This document shows, one piece after another, positions 9,792 through 17,973 of a stretch of 64,000 bases of DNA (positions are counted from its first letter, which is position 1; each line of letters begins with the position of its first letter). The position numbers and the translations under genes were made by a program. Source of the DNA: Bacteroidota bacterium (GTDB lineage: Bacteria; Bacteroidota; Ignavibacteria; Kryptoniales; JAKASW01); contig JAJYIT010000001.1 in assembly GCA_021789975.1 (NCBI GenBank), positions 12,247 through 76,246 of the forward strand. The letters run 5' to 3'. The notes under the pieces are model-generated. The model had not been told where the DNA came from and searched no databases. It saw nothing but the letters and a program-made list of their open reading frames with translations.

Positions 9792-10559
9792 ATGTTGAGA
9801 GAGATTAGTCGAGGTGTGAACCCACGTGTCTCTTTTACTGTAATAGTCCTTGTACTTCTTGTTGCAGTTCCCGCATCCGCGGGACCTCCTTTTCGAACCG
9901 ACGACCCCATTCCCGTTCCTTACATGCACGGGGAGATCTATTTGTTCTCGGCGGGGGTTGTGGACCGAACGGGGACGAGCGGCATCGGCCCGGCAATCGA
10001 GTTCAATTACGGGATATTTCCGAACACCCAGTTTCACGTTATCTTCCCAATTGTATTCAGTGCAGTCAAGGGAGCAACTTCCCATGCGGGGTATGGAGAC
10101 ACAGAAGTCGGCATCAAATATCGTTTCATTGAACAGTCTAACACAGTGCCCGACATCGGAGTGTTCCCGCTGATCGAGATACCGACGGGCAATGCAACGG
10201 ACGGACTTGGCAACGGCGAAGCTCAGATCTATATTCCACTTTGGCTGCAGAAAGACATCGGCAACTGGACCATCTACGGCGGCGACGGATATTGGTTCAA
10301 TCCCGGGCCCGGAAACAAGAACTGGGACTTCTCAGGAATCCTGGTGCAGTACAATTTCAGTGATATCCTCTTTTTCGGTGCGGAGGTGTTCCACCAAACC
10401 CGGTCGTCTTTCGATATGCCCGGATACACGGGGATTCACGTCGGAGGCAGCGTTCCTGTTGCGAAGAATTATGAGATACTTTTCTCAGGAGACGCCGGGG
10501 ATGGAGTTACATCATACAAACACTTTGGCTACTATCTCGGGTTGTACCATACGTTTTGA
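9792..10559 (+). CDS. Outer-membrane beta-barrel protein of the 'transporter'/Phenol_MetA_deg-like (COG4313-like) family
   Basis: Signal peptide ends ..LLVAVPASA. The mature start GPPFRTDDPIPVPYMHGEIYLF, then GPAIEFNYG, GYGDTEVGIKYRF and IEIPTGNA..GLGNGEAQIYIPLWLQK fit the family. The C-terminal residue is F, as in many OMPs. Confidence 0.6.
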   Translation: MLREISRGVNPRVSFTVIVLVLLVAVPASAGPPFRTDDPIPVPYMHGEIYLFSAGVVDRTGTSGIGPAIEFNYGIFPNTQFHVIFPIVFSAVKGATSHAGYGDTEVGIKYRFIEQSNTVPDIGVFPLIEIPTGNATDGLGNGEAQIYIPLWLQKDIGNWTIYGGDGYWFNPGPGNKNWDFSGILVQYNFSDILFFGAEVFHQTRSSFDMPGYTGIHVGGSVPVAKNYEILFSGDAGDGVTSYKHFGYYLGLYHTF

Positions 10560-10697
10560 ATTGTCGTAACGCAGAGCTAAAATATTATTGAGCTAGATAG
10601 GTTTATCAATAGTCCTGCCGGTTGTCGAGCGGAACTGATATATTGCAGAAACACTCAGGGTTGAACGAAGCTAAGAATCAATAGTTGAGAGATTATC

Positions 10698-11684
10698 ATG
10701 GAATATCGTAAACTAGGAAAATCAGGTTTGAAAGTCTCCGCCCTCGGCCTCGGCTGCATGGGAATGTCGCAGTCTTACGGCAAGGGAAACGATGAGGAGT
10801 CGATTGCGACAATAAATCGAGCGATCGAACTCGGAATAACCCTTTTCGATACTGCTGATGTTTATGGCCCCGAGACCAACGAGCTGCTTGTGGGCCGCGG
10901 ACTCAGGCCTTACCGAGACCGTGTCGTCATTGCCACGAAATTCGGGAATGTCCGTTCAAAAGATGGAAAGTCTCTCGGTGTCAATGGCAGACCGGAGTAT
11001 GTAAGAGAGGCTTGCGAGAAGAGCCTGAAGCGGCTCGGCATCGACACTATAGATTTGTATTACCAGCACCGCGTCGATCCGAATACGCCGGTTGAGGAGA
11101 CGATCGGTGCGATGTCGCGGCTGATCGAAGAAGGGAAGATCAGGCACATCGGTATGTCTGAGGCGGCGCCTGCAACGATCAGGCGTGCCAACAGAGTGCA
11201 CCAGGTTACGGCGCTTCAGAGCGAGTACTCACTGTGGACTCGTGATGTGGAAAAGGAAGTCCTGTCCACGTGCCGCGAGCTTGGAATCGGGTTCGTAGCA
11301 TTCAGCCCGCTGGGTCGTGGATTCCTGAGCGGGCAAATCAAAGACAACACCGGATTCGGAGATAGAGATTTCAGGAAGGACAATCCACGTTTCATGGGGG
11401 AGAATTTCGGTAAGAATCTGGAATTTGTCAGACGGATCGAGGCAGTAGCGGCGGAAAAGAAATGTACCGCAGCACAACTGGCGATTGCCTGGGTGCTTGC
11501 TCAAGGGAGCGACATCGTACCTATACCGGGGACGAAAAGAAGGAAGTATCTGGAAGAGAACGTCGCAGTGCTTGAAGTGAAGCTGACGAAGGAAGACTTG
11601 GCGAAGATAGACGAAGTCGCGCCGCCCGGCGTTGCCGCTGGCGAGAGGTACAACGACGCGATGATGAAGGCAGTGAATAGATAA
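10698..11684 (+). CDS. Aldo/keto reductase family oxidoreductase, paralogue of 1956-2945
   Basis: It has the same motif set ([36 protein letters not shown]). By eye about 70% of residues are identical to the first copy. Confidence 0.9.
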   Translation: MEYRKLGKSGLKVSALGLGCMGMSQSYGKGNDEESIATINRAIELGITLFDTADVYGPETNELLVGRGLRPYRDRVVIATKFGNVRSKDGKSLGVNGRPEYVREACEKSLKRLGIDTIDLYYQHRVDPNTPVEETIGAMSRLIEEGKIRHIGMSEAAPATIRRANRVHQVTALQSEYSLWTRDVEKEVLSTCRELGIGFVAFSPLGRGFLSGQIKDNTGFGDRDFRKDNPRFMGENFGKNLEFVRRIEAVAAEKKCTAAQLAIAWVLAQGSDIVPIPGTKRRKYLEENVAVLEVKLTKEDLAKIDEVAPPGVAAGERYNDAMMKAVNR

Positions 11685-11696
11685 GAAATCTATAAT

Positions 11697-12440
11697 CTAC
11701 CCCTGGCTTCTTCCACTGTAGCCTTTCGGGGCTTCAAAAAAAGCAAGTTGTGCATCGAGGTGTGCCTTCCTCTTTGCTACCCCGTGCAGGGAATTTCTCT
11801 CTACATCTTCATTGCCCCACTGGTCCCAGCCAGGACGAGCGAATCGTGCGAAAAGCTCTAAGTACGGTCCTGGTGAACATCGCTCGATAAGGTCGTAGAA
11901 CTCATCCGGCTTGCGAGAATGCTCTCGCTTTCGAGTGGATAGAATATTCACCTGAGTACGACCCGGTTGCAAAGTCCGCATCCTCCCTCTGACTCCAAAA
12001 AGAATCATCTCTGTTACGTTTCGGAAATAGAACCCAACCCCTCTCCCGTCTGGGCCACCGTCCTTTCTAATCTTATACCAAATCAGGTTCGTTTTGTAAG
12101 TGAAACCCCATGCTTCCATTACCTTCAATCCTTCTTGAAGAAGAGCATTAGGGACCCACAAATACAAATGGGACTTCGCAGCGGACAGATCTGGAACGGG
12201 AAGATCCATAACCTCTTTCAATTCCATTGTCGGATACCTGAGCAGGCGCTTGTGCTCCGGTGCGACTTTTCCAGTCCTGTTCTGGAACTGCCATGGTGGA
12301 TCCAGAAGAATTGTTGAATAAGGACCTTTCACCTTCGACACCAGATCTACTGATGCATTGGGCTCGCTAACTTTGTAGACTTTACTCAATTGGTACCTCT
12401 CTTTTCTTTCATACTGAAACAACCCCGATCGGTATTCCAA
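11697..12440 (-). CDS. MT-A70-family DNA (adenine-N6) methyltransferase
   Basis: ILLDPPWQFQNR carries the DPPW catalytic motif. SHLYLWVPNALL, WGFTYKTNLIWYK and EHSRKPDEFYDLIE are typical MT-A70 blocks. The start overlaps the upstream nuclease gene by 32 nt. Confidence 0.85.
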   Translation of the reverse strand: MEYRSGLFQYERKERYQLSKVYKVSEPNASVDLVSKVKGPYSTILLDPPWQFQNRTGKVAPEHKRLLRYPTMELKEVMDLPVPDLSAAKSHLYLWVPNALLQEGLKVMEAWGFTYKTNLIWYKIRKDGGPDGRGVGFYFRNVTEMILFGVRGRMRTLQPGRTQVNILSTRKREHSRKPDEFYDLIERCSPGPYLELFARFARPGWDQWGNEDVERNSLHGVAKRKAHLDAQLAFFEAPKGYSGRSQG

Positions 12441-13137
12441 CTAACAGTAGTGGACATGGATTGCCAACACCTCTTCGGACTCGGTCCTCAAGCTTTCTCC
12501 AATGAGTAGTAGCCTCTCCGAATTTGTCGCTCACGAAAGTGTGCGCCCATCCTTCCTCGAATGAACCTCTTGACTTAGCTGATTTGGTGATTATTTGTTT
12601 CTGTCTAGGAGTAGGCGTGTAGAACCTGTTCAGTTTGTCCAAACTGTTCACTCCGCTCTTCTTTGCGAAAGTCACGAAAAGTGACTCCATCCCCTTCTGG
12701 AGCGATTCCCCACGGGTGATGATTCCTCCTATTGAAATTACGCCGTTTGCATGAAGGCGTTTGAAATTTTCCAAATCACGATCATAGAACGGATCTTTAT
12801 TGTTCCATTCGATTTCGAGCGCAAATGTCCCGTTTGTAAACTTCTTGACGTGATCAATTTCGTGAGAAATAGATTCTTTTTCTACTCCGTCCACCGTCTT
12901 TTTAATCTCGAAAACATGCTTGTTCCATCCGTAGGTTTCTGAGAGCGCCCGTCGCAACCTTTGTGTCAGCTCTCCCTCACCGCCACCGCCATACACCAAC
13001 TCTTCAATCGGTATTGCTATGTCTCCCAACACCGCCTCTAACTCCTGCACAGCAGTGGACATATCGTGCTTGAGAATCGCCTCCCCATGATGAAGAGCCA
13101 ACACCTGAAAACCTTTCTTTTTGAGACCGTCAAACAT
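12409..13137 (-). CDS. Putative type II restriction endonuclease, BamHI/BglII/BstYI-like
   Basis: HEIDHVKKFTNGTFALEIEWNNKDPFYDRDLENFKRL resembles the D-x(n)-E-x-E/Q catalytic block of BamHI (PIDVY...MEFETGN) and BglII (DIDF...VEVQFSN). The gene sits between two methyltransferase genes. Confidence 0.6.
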   Translation of the reverse strand: MFDGLKKKGFQVLALHHGEAILKHDMSTAVQELEAVLGDIAIPIEELVYGGGGEGELTQRLRRALSETYGWNKHVFEIKKTVDGVEKESISHEIDHVKKFTNGTFALEIEWNNKDPFYDRDLENFKRLHANGVISIGGIITRGESLQKGMESLFVTFAKKSGVNSLDKLNRFYTPTPRQKQIITKSAKSRGSFEEGWAHTFVSDKFGEATTHWRKLEDRVRRGVGNPCPLLLVGIPIGVVSV

Positions 13138-13291
13138 TTTTTCCCCTGTCTTTCTAAATTCGCTGCCTGTCTCCGTTGCCCATATGTGTCGGATGAATTT
13201 ACCTTAAGAGGAAAAGATTTTCAAATATCCTCGACGTGGGAGACTGGCACTCACATTGAATTAGGCTTATGGAAAGGAGTCAACTGGCTAT

Positions 13292-14779
13292 TTACGCCGC
13301 GTTCCTGATTGGTCCTATAGTCATAACCTTAAACTCTGTGGGCCTAGCTGGTTTAAGGCCTGACCCGGCAAAAGTTTTCTCCCTTAGATCAACCTTTCTC
13401 TTCGGCCATTCAAGCAACAACACTTCTTCTCTCATCTGCTCCTTAGTCGCGCTTGCAAATCTGGTACGGAACAGATCTAGACCGAGCACCTTGTATCCCA
13501 ATGTTTCGCTTATTTCCGACAGCAATTCTCCCGTCTTTATCATCACTCTAAGATACGATGCCTGATCCCCGACCACATACGCAAGCGTTGCCCCAGGTTT
13601 CAAGACTTTGCTCAGAGAAGAAAGATGGCGGGCCATGCCGCCAAAATACAGTTTTGTTACGCGGCCGTACAACTTCTCGAATCCCGAGTCTTTGTTTAGC
13701 TCGATTCTCCTCTTTTCTATCGCCTGAGATATGCGTTGGATCTCTTTATGATTCGCAATCCACTTGTCGTCATCGTCGCTCTTGTAGACGTTCCTTGTGT
13801 TCGAGCGAATCAGGTTCGACTTGAGCGAGCGTAAACCAGCCCTGTCGTTTATGAATCCAAGCAGGACTGATTCCAGCCGGGTAGTCCTGGTGTAATCTTT
13901 CTCATTCGGGTACGGAGGGGAGGTAATCACCATATCGACTGAGTTAGGATCAAGGTGCTGGTCCATGTTTCTCGCATCTGCAAGGCACACTTCCGACACT
14001 GGAAGTTTCTTTCTGGTTAAAGACTGCGAGTCATCCACCATTGTTTTGATTTCCTGCAACCAGATAGAAATAACAGGAACGTCTGTTTTGATTGAACCTA
14101 TCCCGACCTCCGGCCCGAAGTGTAAGTTGCTTATTCCAAACACTAATGCCTTCGAGAAAGCAAGGAGTTCATGCCCTTTAAGTCTATCTTTACCGAACTT
14201 GTTTATGATCTCCAGCAATATGAGCGATTTGTGCAGTGGAATCCTGCTAATCGAATCCGTCAGCAACAATTTCATCTTTTCTTCCGAGAGAGTACGCCAT
14301 TCAATATCCTCCGGAAACTCAGATAGAAAACCCGAATCATCAATGCCCTCCCGCGCCAGCCGATCCAATGCACGCCGTGCGATAGTCTCCGCGTCTTCGG
14401 AAAGTTCCTCGGGCTTGATTTCCCAATCAGTCTTTATCCTGCTTGCGAATTGGGCGAATGGGTTCGCCTCAATGCCGATCGTTCTGAGACCGGAAAGCTT
14501 GCCCTCCACGAGTGTTGTACCACATCCACAAAAAGGATCAAGCAAAACGGCATCCTCTGGAGCCGAAAACTTCTCCAAATAAGTCCTGACTAAATGTGGC
14601 GGGAATGAGAGGACGAATCTGTACCACTCATGGAAGTGGCGGTCTTTTGGATCGACTCTATTCCCCAGCGGATTGTGTCTTCGCTGCGGTGGAGGAGAAT
14701 TCAGTCTGGGGTTATTAATCCCTGGATCGCTAAACAAATCAGCTTGTTGCTCGCGGACAGCGCCTGTCTTTCTTGTCAT
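13292..14779 (-). CDS. DNA amino-methyltransferase (N4-C or N6-A) with SPPY motif in alpha-type motif order
   Basis: Motif I (VLLDPFCGCGTTLVEG) lies about 210 aa before motif IV (DMVITSPPYPNEKDY). I place the start at ATG 14779 (MTRKTG...), because the ORF-track extension to 14899 runs through the terminator at 14862-14890. Confidence 0.8.
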   Translation of the reverse strand: MTRKTGAVREQQADLFSDPGINNPRLNSPPPQRRHNPLGNRVDPKDRHFHEWYRFVLSFPPHLVRTYLEKFSAPEDAVLLDPFCGCGTTLVEGKLSGLRTIGIEANPFAQFASRIKTDWEIKPEELSEDAETIARRALDRLAREGIDDSGFLSEFPEDIEWRTLSEEKMKLLLTDSISRIPLHKSLILLEIINKFGKDRLKGHELLAFSKALVFGISNLHFGPEVGIGSIKTDVPVISIWLQEIKTMVDDSQSLTRKKLPVSEVCLADARNMDQHLDPNSVDMVITSPPYPNEKDYTRTTRLESVLLGFINDRAGLRSLKSNLIRSNTRNVYKSDDDDKWIANHKEIQRISQAIEKRRIELNKDSGFEKLYGRVTKLYFGGMARHLSSLSKVLKPGATLAYVVGDQASYLRVMIKTGELLSEISETLGYKVLGLDLFRTRFASATKEQMREEVLLLEWPKRKVDLREKTFAGSGLKPARPTEFKVMTIGPIRNAA

Positions 14780-14861
14780 CTCTAATCGTTTCGTATAATA
14801 TAGCTTGCGACTCTCGAAGATGGGAATTGCATCCCACCGCCGGTTGATTGCAGGAGGGTAC

Positions 14862-14890
14862 AAAAAAAACGGCGGAACTCGGTCCGCCGT
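14862..14890 (-). terminator. Rho-independent terminator of the 16632-14912 operon
   Basis: On the minus strand a perfect 8-bp stem acggcgga/tccgccgt with a 6-nt loop is followed by TTTTTTT, starting 22 nt after the stop at 14912. Confidence 0.85.
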
Positions 14891-14911
14891 CTGTTTCAAT
14901 CAATCATCAGC

Positions 14912-16177
14912 TCACATCTCAATAGTGGGATGCGGCTCCTCCGGCCTCTGCGGTCTTTTCCGTCGCCTCGTGAGTAAGATAACCACCAATAGTACAACCG
15001 CTATCGCTATTATGATGTAGAGTAACGTATACGATGGCTTCGCCGAATTCTCCCACGTGGTGAGCTTCGTCTGAAGCTGGCTCTGCTGGTCCTGGGAAAT
15101 CATCCCGTTGGAGACAAGGAGCGGTACCCACTGGGTCCCCACGCTCGGGTTCCAGACGTTCTCCAGGAAGTGGTGCAGCCTGGCAGCTTTGTCCGCGCTT
15201 GACGCCGTGGAATCGCCGCCCTCCGTGTCGAAGTAGCTGCTGAGACTCGATACGAACTCATCAGCGCTATTGAAAGGCTGTAACTGAACTTCCTGTTTGG
15301 TGAACTCTTCGTTGAGGCTCGCCCACAAAGCCGAGTCAGCCCTGTCGCCCCACTCGGAGATGACGGACTCAACCCTTTTGATCTCTCCTTCCTTTTCTCT
15401 TCTGCTGAAATAAAGTCCAGCGAGTCGTGGTCCGAATGCCTTCCACCTCGCACTGAAATCCTGTTGCTCCTTCACCATATTGACCAGATCTCTCTTGCCC
15501 AGTTGCGCCGATTCAACGAGCTTGAGATTTTGTTCCGCCGCTCCCCGTATGTTGCTTACAACGTCGTGCCTCTCAAGCCTTCCGACGAGCATTCGCTTCT
15601 GTTGTTCCGGCAATGAAGCCACATTGTTCCCGTACGGGGCAAAGAGACTGTCGGTCAAAGCAAAGATGGCCGCGTCACGTTCGCGCAACCCTCGTTGCAG
15701 TATGAACACGACTCGCCTGAGAGAATCCATCGTCCTGGTGTCCTTCTCCATGGCCTTCGACATGACGTCCAGGGACGCCATCAGCTTGTCGTTCTCTCGC
15801 GCGAGACTATCGATCCTGGTCGACAATTGACTGAGTTGAAGCTGAAGGTCTGAAATCTGAGAAGCTTCGGACTCGATGGACCCGATTCTTTGACGAGCGA
15901 TGACGAGTCTGTTGTATAGACTCGCAATGGTCTGACCGTAATCGTCGGGATACAATGCGTTGTTCAACAACACGGTATCGGATGAGAATTGGCTTTCCAA
16001 CTCGACGATCCTGGCACTGTCTGCGATACAATCCTGAAGACTGGTGGCCTGATCTATAGCAGTTCGCAACGAAAGGGCCTTTTCCTGGAACGACTTCACG
16101 ATAAGGTAGTCGGACTGTTCCTGGGCAACGCCAGTCGCCGACAGGGAAAACACGAAAAGCAGGATGAGGTACTTCAT
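14912..16177 (-). CDS. Hypothetical exported coiled-coil protein with a C-terminal transmembrane anchor
   Basis: Signal peptide is MKYLILLFVFSLSATGVAQ. A long heptad-like region reads ...QISDLQLQLSQLSTRIDSLARENDKLMASL. The C-terminal TM segment YTLLYIIIAIAVVLLVVILL is followed by RRRKRP. I recognised no family. Confidence 0.6.
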   Translation of the reverse strand: MKYLILLFVFSLSATGVAQEQSDYLIVKSFQEKALSLRTAIDQATSLQDCIADSARIVELESQFSSDTVLLNNALYPDDYGQTIASLYNRLVIARQRIGSIESEASQISDLQLQLSQLSTRIDSLARENDKLMASLDVMSKAMEKDTRTMDSLRRVVFILQRGLRERDAAIFALTDSLFAPYGNNVASLPEQQKRMLVGRLERHDVVSNIRGAAEQNLKLVESAQLGKRDLVNMVKEQQDFSARWKAFGPRLAGLYFSRREKEGEIKRVESVISEWGDRADSALWASLNEEFTKQEVQLQPFNSADEFVSSLSSYFDTEGGDSTASSADKAARLHHFLENVWNPSVGTQWVPLLVSNGMISQDQQSQLQTKLTTWENSAKPSYTLLYIIIAIAVVLLVVILLTRRRKRPQRPEEPHPTIEM

Positions 16178-16632
16178 TTCTCTGCCTCCTTGCTGATTCC
16201 ATTCTCAGTGAGCATGATTGGCTTAGAGTCACCGTTCAGGAGTTCTATGTATGGATTTCGCTGGTTAAAGGCCGGAGATGCAATGCCCGTTTTGGAGACC
16301 AGTATCTCTTTTTTCAGCTTCAACCCTCCTGATCCTTGTTCGAAAATATAAACGTCCTTAAATCCCGGGCCGGTGATATAGTAGAATCCCTTCGTGTCGC
16401 GAATGATCCACAACGTCTGACCATCCACGTTAGATGTATCCCTGCTCTCTGAGTATATCAAAGGTTTCGCATTGAAAGCAATGCTATACCTGCTTTCCTT
16501 TGCCATGCCGTCCGGCCCGACAGTTAATTTACTCTCGACCGGCCAGGCAAAATCGGCAGGCTTCAATATCAAGGATGAACATCCACCCACGAAGAAGACC
16601 AAGGCGACGAATGACAACCCAATCAGTTTCAT
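16174..16632 (-). CDS. Hypothetical lipoprotein
   Basis: Lipobox is MKLIGLSFVALVFFVGGC|SS. A 4-nt stop/start overlap with 14912-16177 indicates an operon. Confidence 0.6.
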   Translation of the reverse strand: MKLIGLSFVALVFFVGGCSSLILKPADFAWPVESKLTVGPDGMAKESRYSIAFNAKPLIYSESRDTSNVDGQTLWIIRDTKGFYYITGPGFKDVYIFEQGSGGLKLKKEILVSKTGIASPAFNQRNPYIELLNGDSKPIMLTENGISKEAEK

Positions 16633-17139
16633 AGATGCTCCTTTTTAGTGATGAAACGCGAGAACTTCAAACCGGCAGGTTTAGTAATCTATCAAGGCAT
16701 GCCTTGGGATTCAAGCGGCATCCATGTTATTAAGAAAAATTAATGTGCAGCCTGAAGATAGATGACAAATCGGTAGTAATTCGCCGACACGGGCACAATC
16801 CAGCAGAACAGATACGGAAACTCTGCAGCCTTCGGATTCCATAGTAGCTCAACTGTCGAATGCCAATCTCATCGTCCGCGCAAGCCCATCAGGACCGCGG
16901 ACCCCGTAAGCTCAGGGAACTTTTGTAATGGCAAATCTCTGACCAGGAAGTAAAGAGCCTTTTTAACAAATCATCAAGCACTCACGATAACCACCAAGAG
17001 ACGGAAAAGAGAATGTATCGGTTTGTTTCGTGTGTCCGTGCTCCGAAGTGCCCGTCTGGTTGTTACACTTCCTTTGCGAGACTGTCGGCACACAAGTGTA
17101 CTTCGCGGGTCGATATTCGTATTTTCTCAGGATTGTGAT

Positions 17140-17177
17140 AAAAAGGAAAACGGGCGACGCCTCCTCCGACGCCGCCC
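17140..17177 (-). terminator. Rho-independent terminator downstream of the cytochrome c gene
   Basis: The minus-strand RNA gggcggcg-(10-nt loop)-cgucgccc forms 8 bp including one G-U, followed by guuuuccuuuuu, about 100 nt after the stop at 17276. Confidence 0.6.
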
Positions 17178-17275
17178 GCCACTGTAGCTTCGATCCTCTC
17201 CTCTGTAAATTCCTCTAAGGGAGTTCTACTCCCGTGTCCGAATCACTGCGTGTGAGCTCCGATCCGGCGCGGAAG

Positions 17276-17842
17276 TCATCTATACTTGTACGGGTGAATC
17301 GCCTTCATGGCACCCTTCGCCGGCGTGCTCACCATCGCTGTTTTCGCGCTGACCAGTGCAGCATATTCCTGTGGCGTCATATCCTTCATCTTCTCCAGGA
17401 AAGCTACTATTTCCCAGATCTGGTGATCTGAGTGAGTCCTGGAAAATCCGGGCATCCCGGTGCTCTTTATTTCGTTCTTGGCTACCCAGAAGAGCCGCGA
17501 TGCCTGCATTTCTTTGGCGGAATGAACCAGGTTCGGGGGATGAGGGTACAGACCAGCTCCAATATCGGATCGATTCACTCCAGGTGCACCATGGCAGCCG
17601 ACACATGTCTCTTTGTAAAGTTTGAAACCCTCCGCAACCATGGATGAATCGTTCAAAGGGGGTATCGGGATATCTTTTGAATGAGCCTTCGCTGAATTGT
17701 CGCTGGTTCTACTGAATACCCAGTGCAAGAAACCTGGATCAGGAGACAGAGTTGAAACGTTGTAAATTCCTGAATTGACAAAAAGAATCAAGAGGATAAG
17801 TTCCACCACCAGAACAGATATTACTGTTACAGCTGTTTTCAT
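17276..17842 (-). CDS. Membrane-anchored monoheme c-type cytochrome
   Basis: N-terminal TM segment is MKTAVTVISVLVVELILLILFV. There is a single CVGCHG heme-binding motif, and a distal Met candidate in ..KSTGMPGF. Confidence 0.8.
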   Translation of the reverse strand: MKTAVTVISVLVVELILLILFVNSGIYNVSTLSPDPGFLHWVFSRTSDNSAKAHSKDIPIPPLNDSSMVAEGFKLYKETCVGCHGAPGVNRSDIGAGLYPHPPNLVHSAKEMQASRLFWVAKNEIKSTGMPGFSRTHSDHQIWEIVAFLEKMKDMTPQEYAALVSAKTAMVSTPAKGAMKAIHPYKYR

Positions 17843-17973
17843 TGTTTCTCCGGATTAAGTCTATGCTGCCACAATCATAATACCCCAGACTAACAACTTA
17901 AACCGCAGGTAAGTTTCCTTGACATTCTATCTGAGGTTTCTTAGCTCAGGTGCAGTCAGGAAAAGGGCGTGTC

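Noticed and set aside
14780-14899. An N-terminal extension of the SPPY methyltransferase back to ATG 14899, as given in the ORF track.
   Set aside because: The extension runs straight through a perfect minus-strand terminator (14862-14890) belonging to the upstream operon. Its 40 residues show no methyltransferase features. ATG 14779 is preceded by an AT-rich tatattat box.
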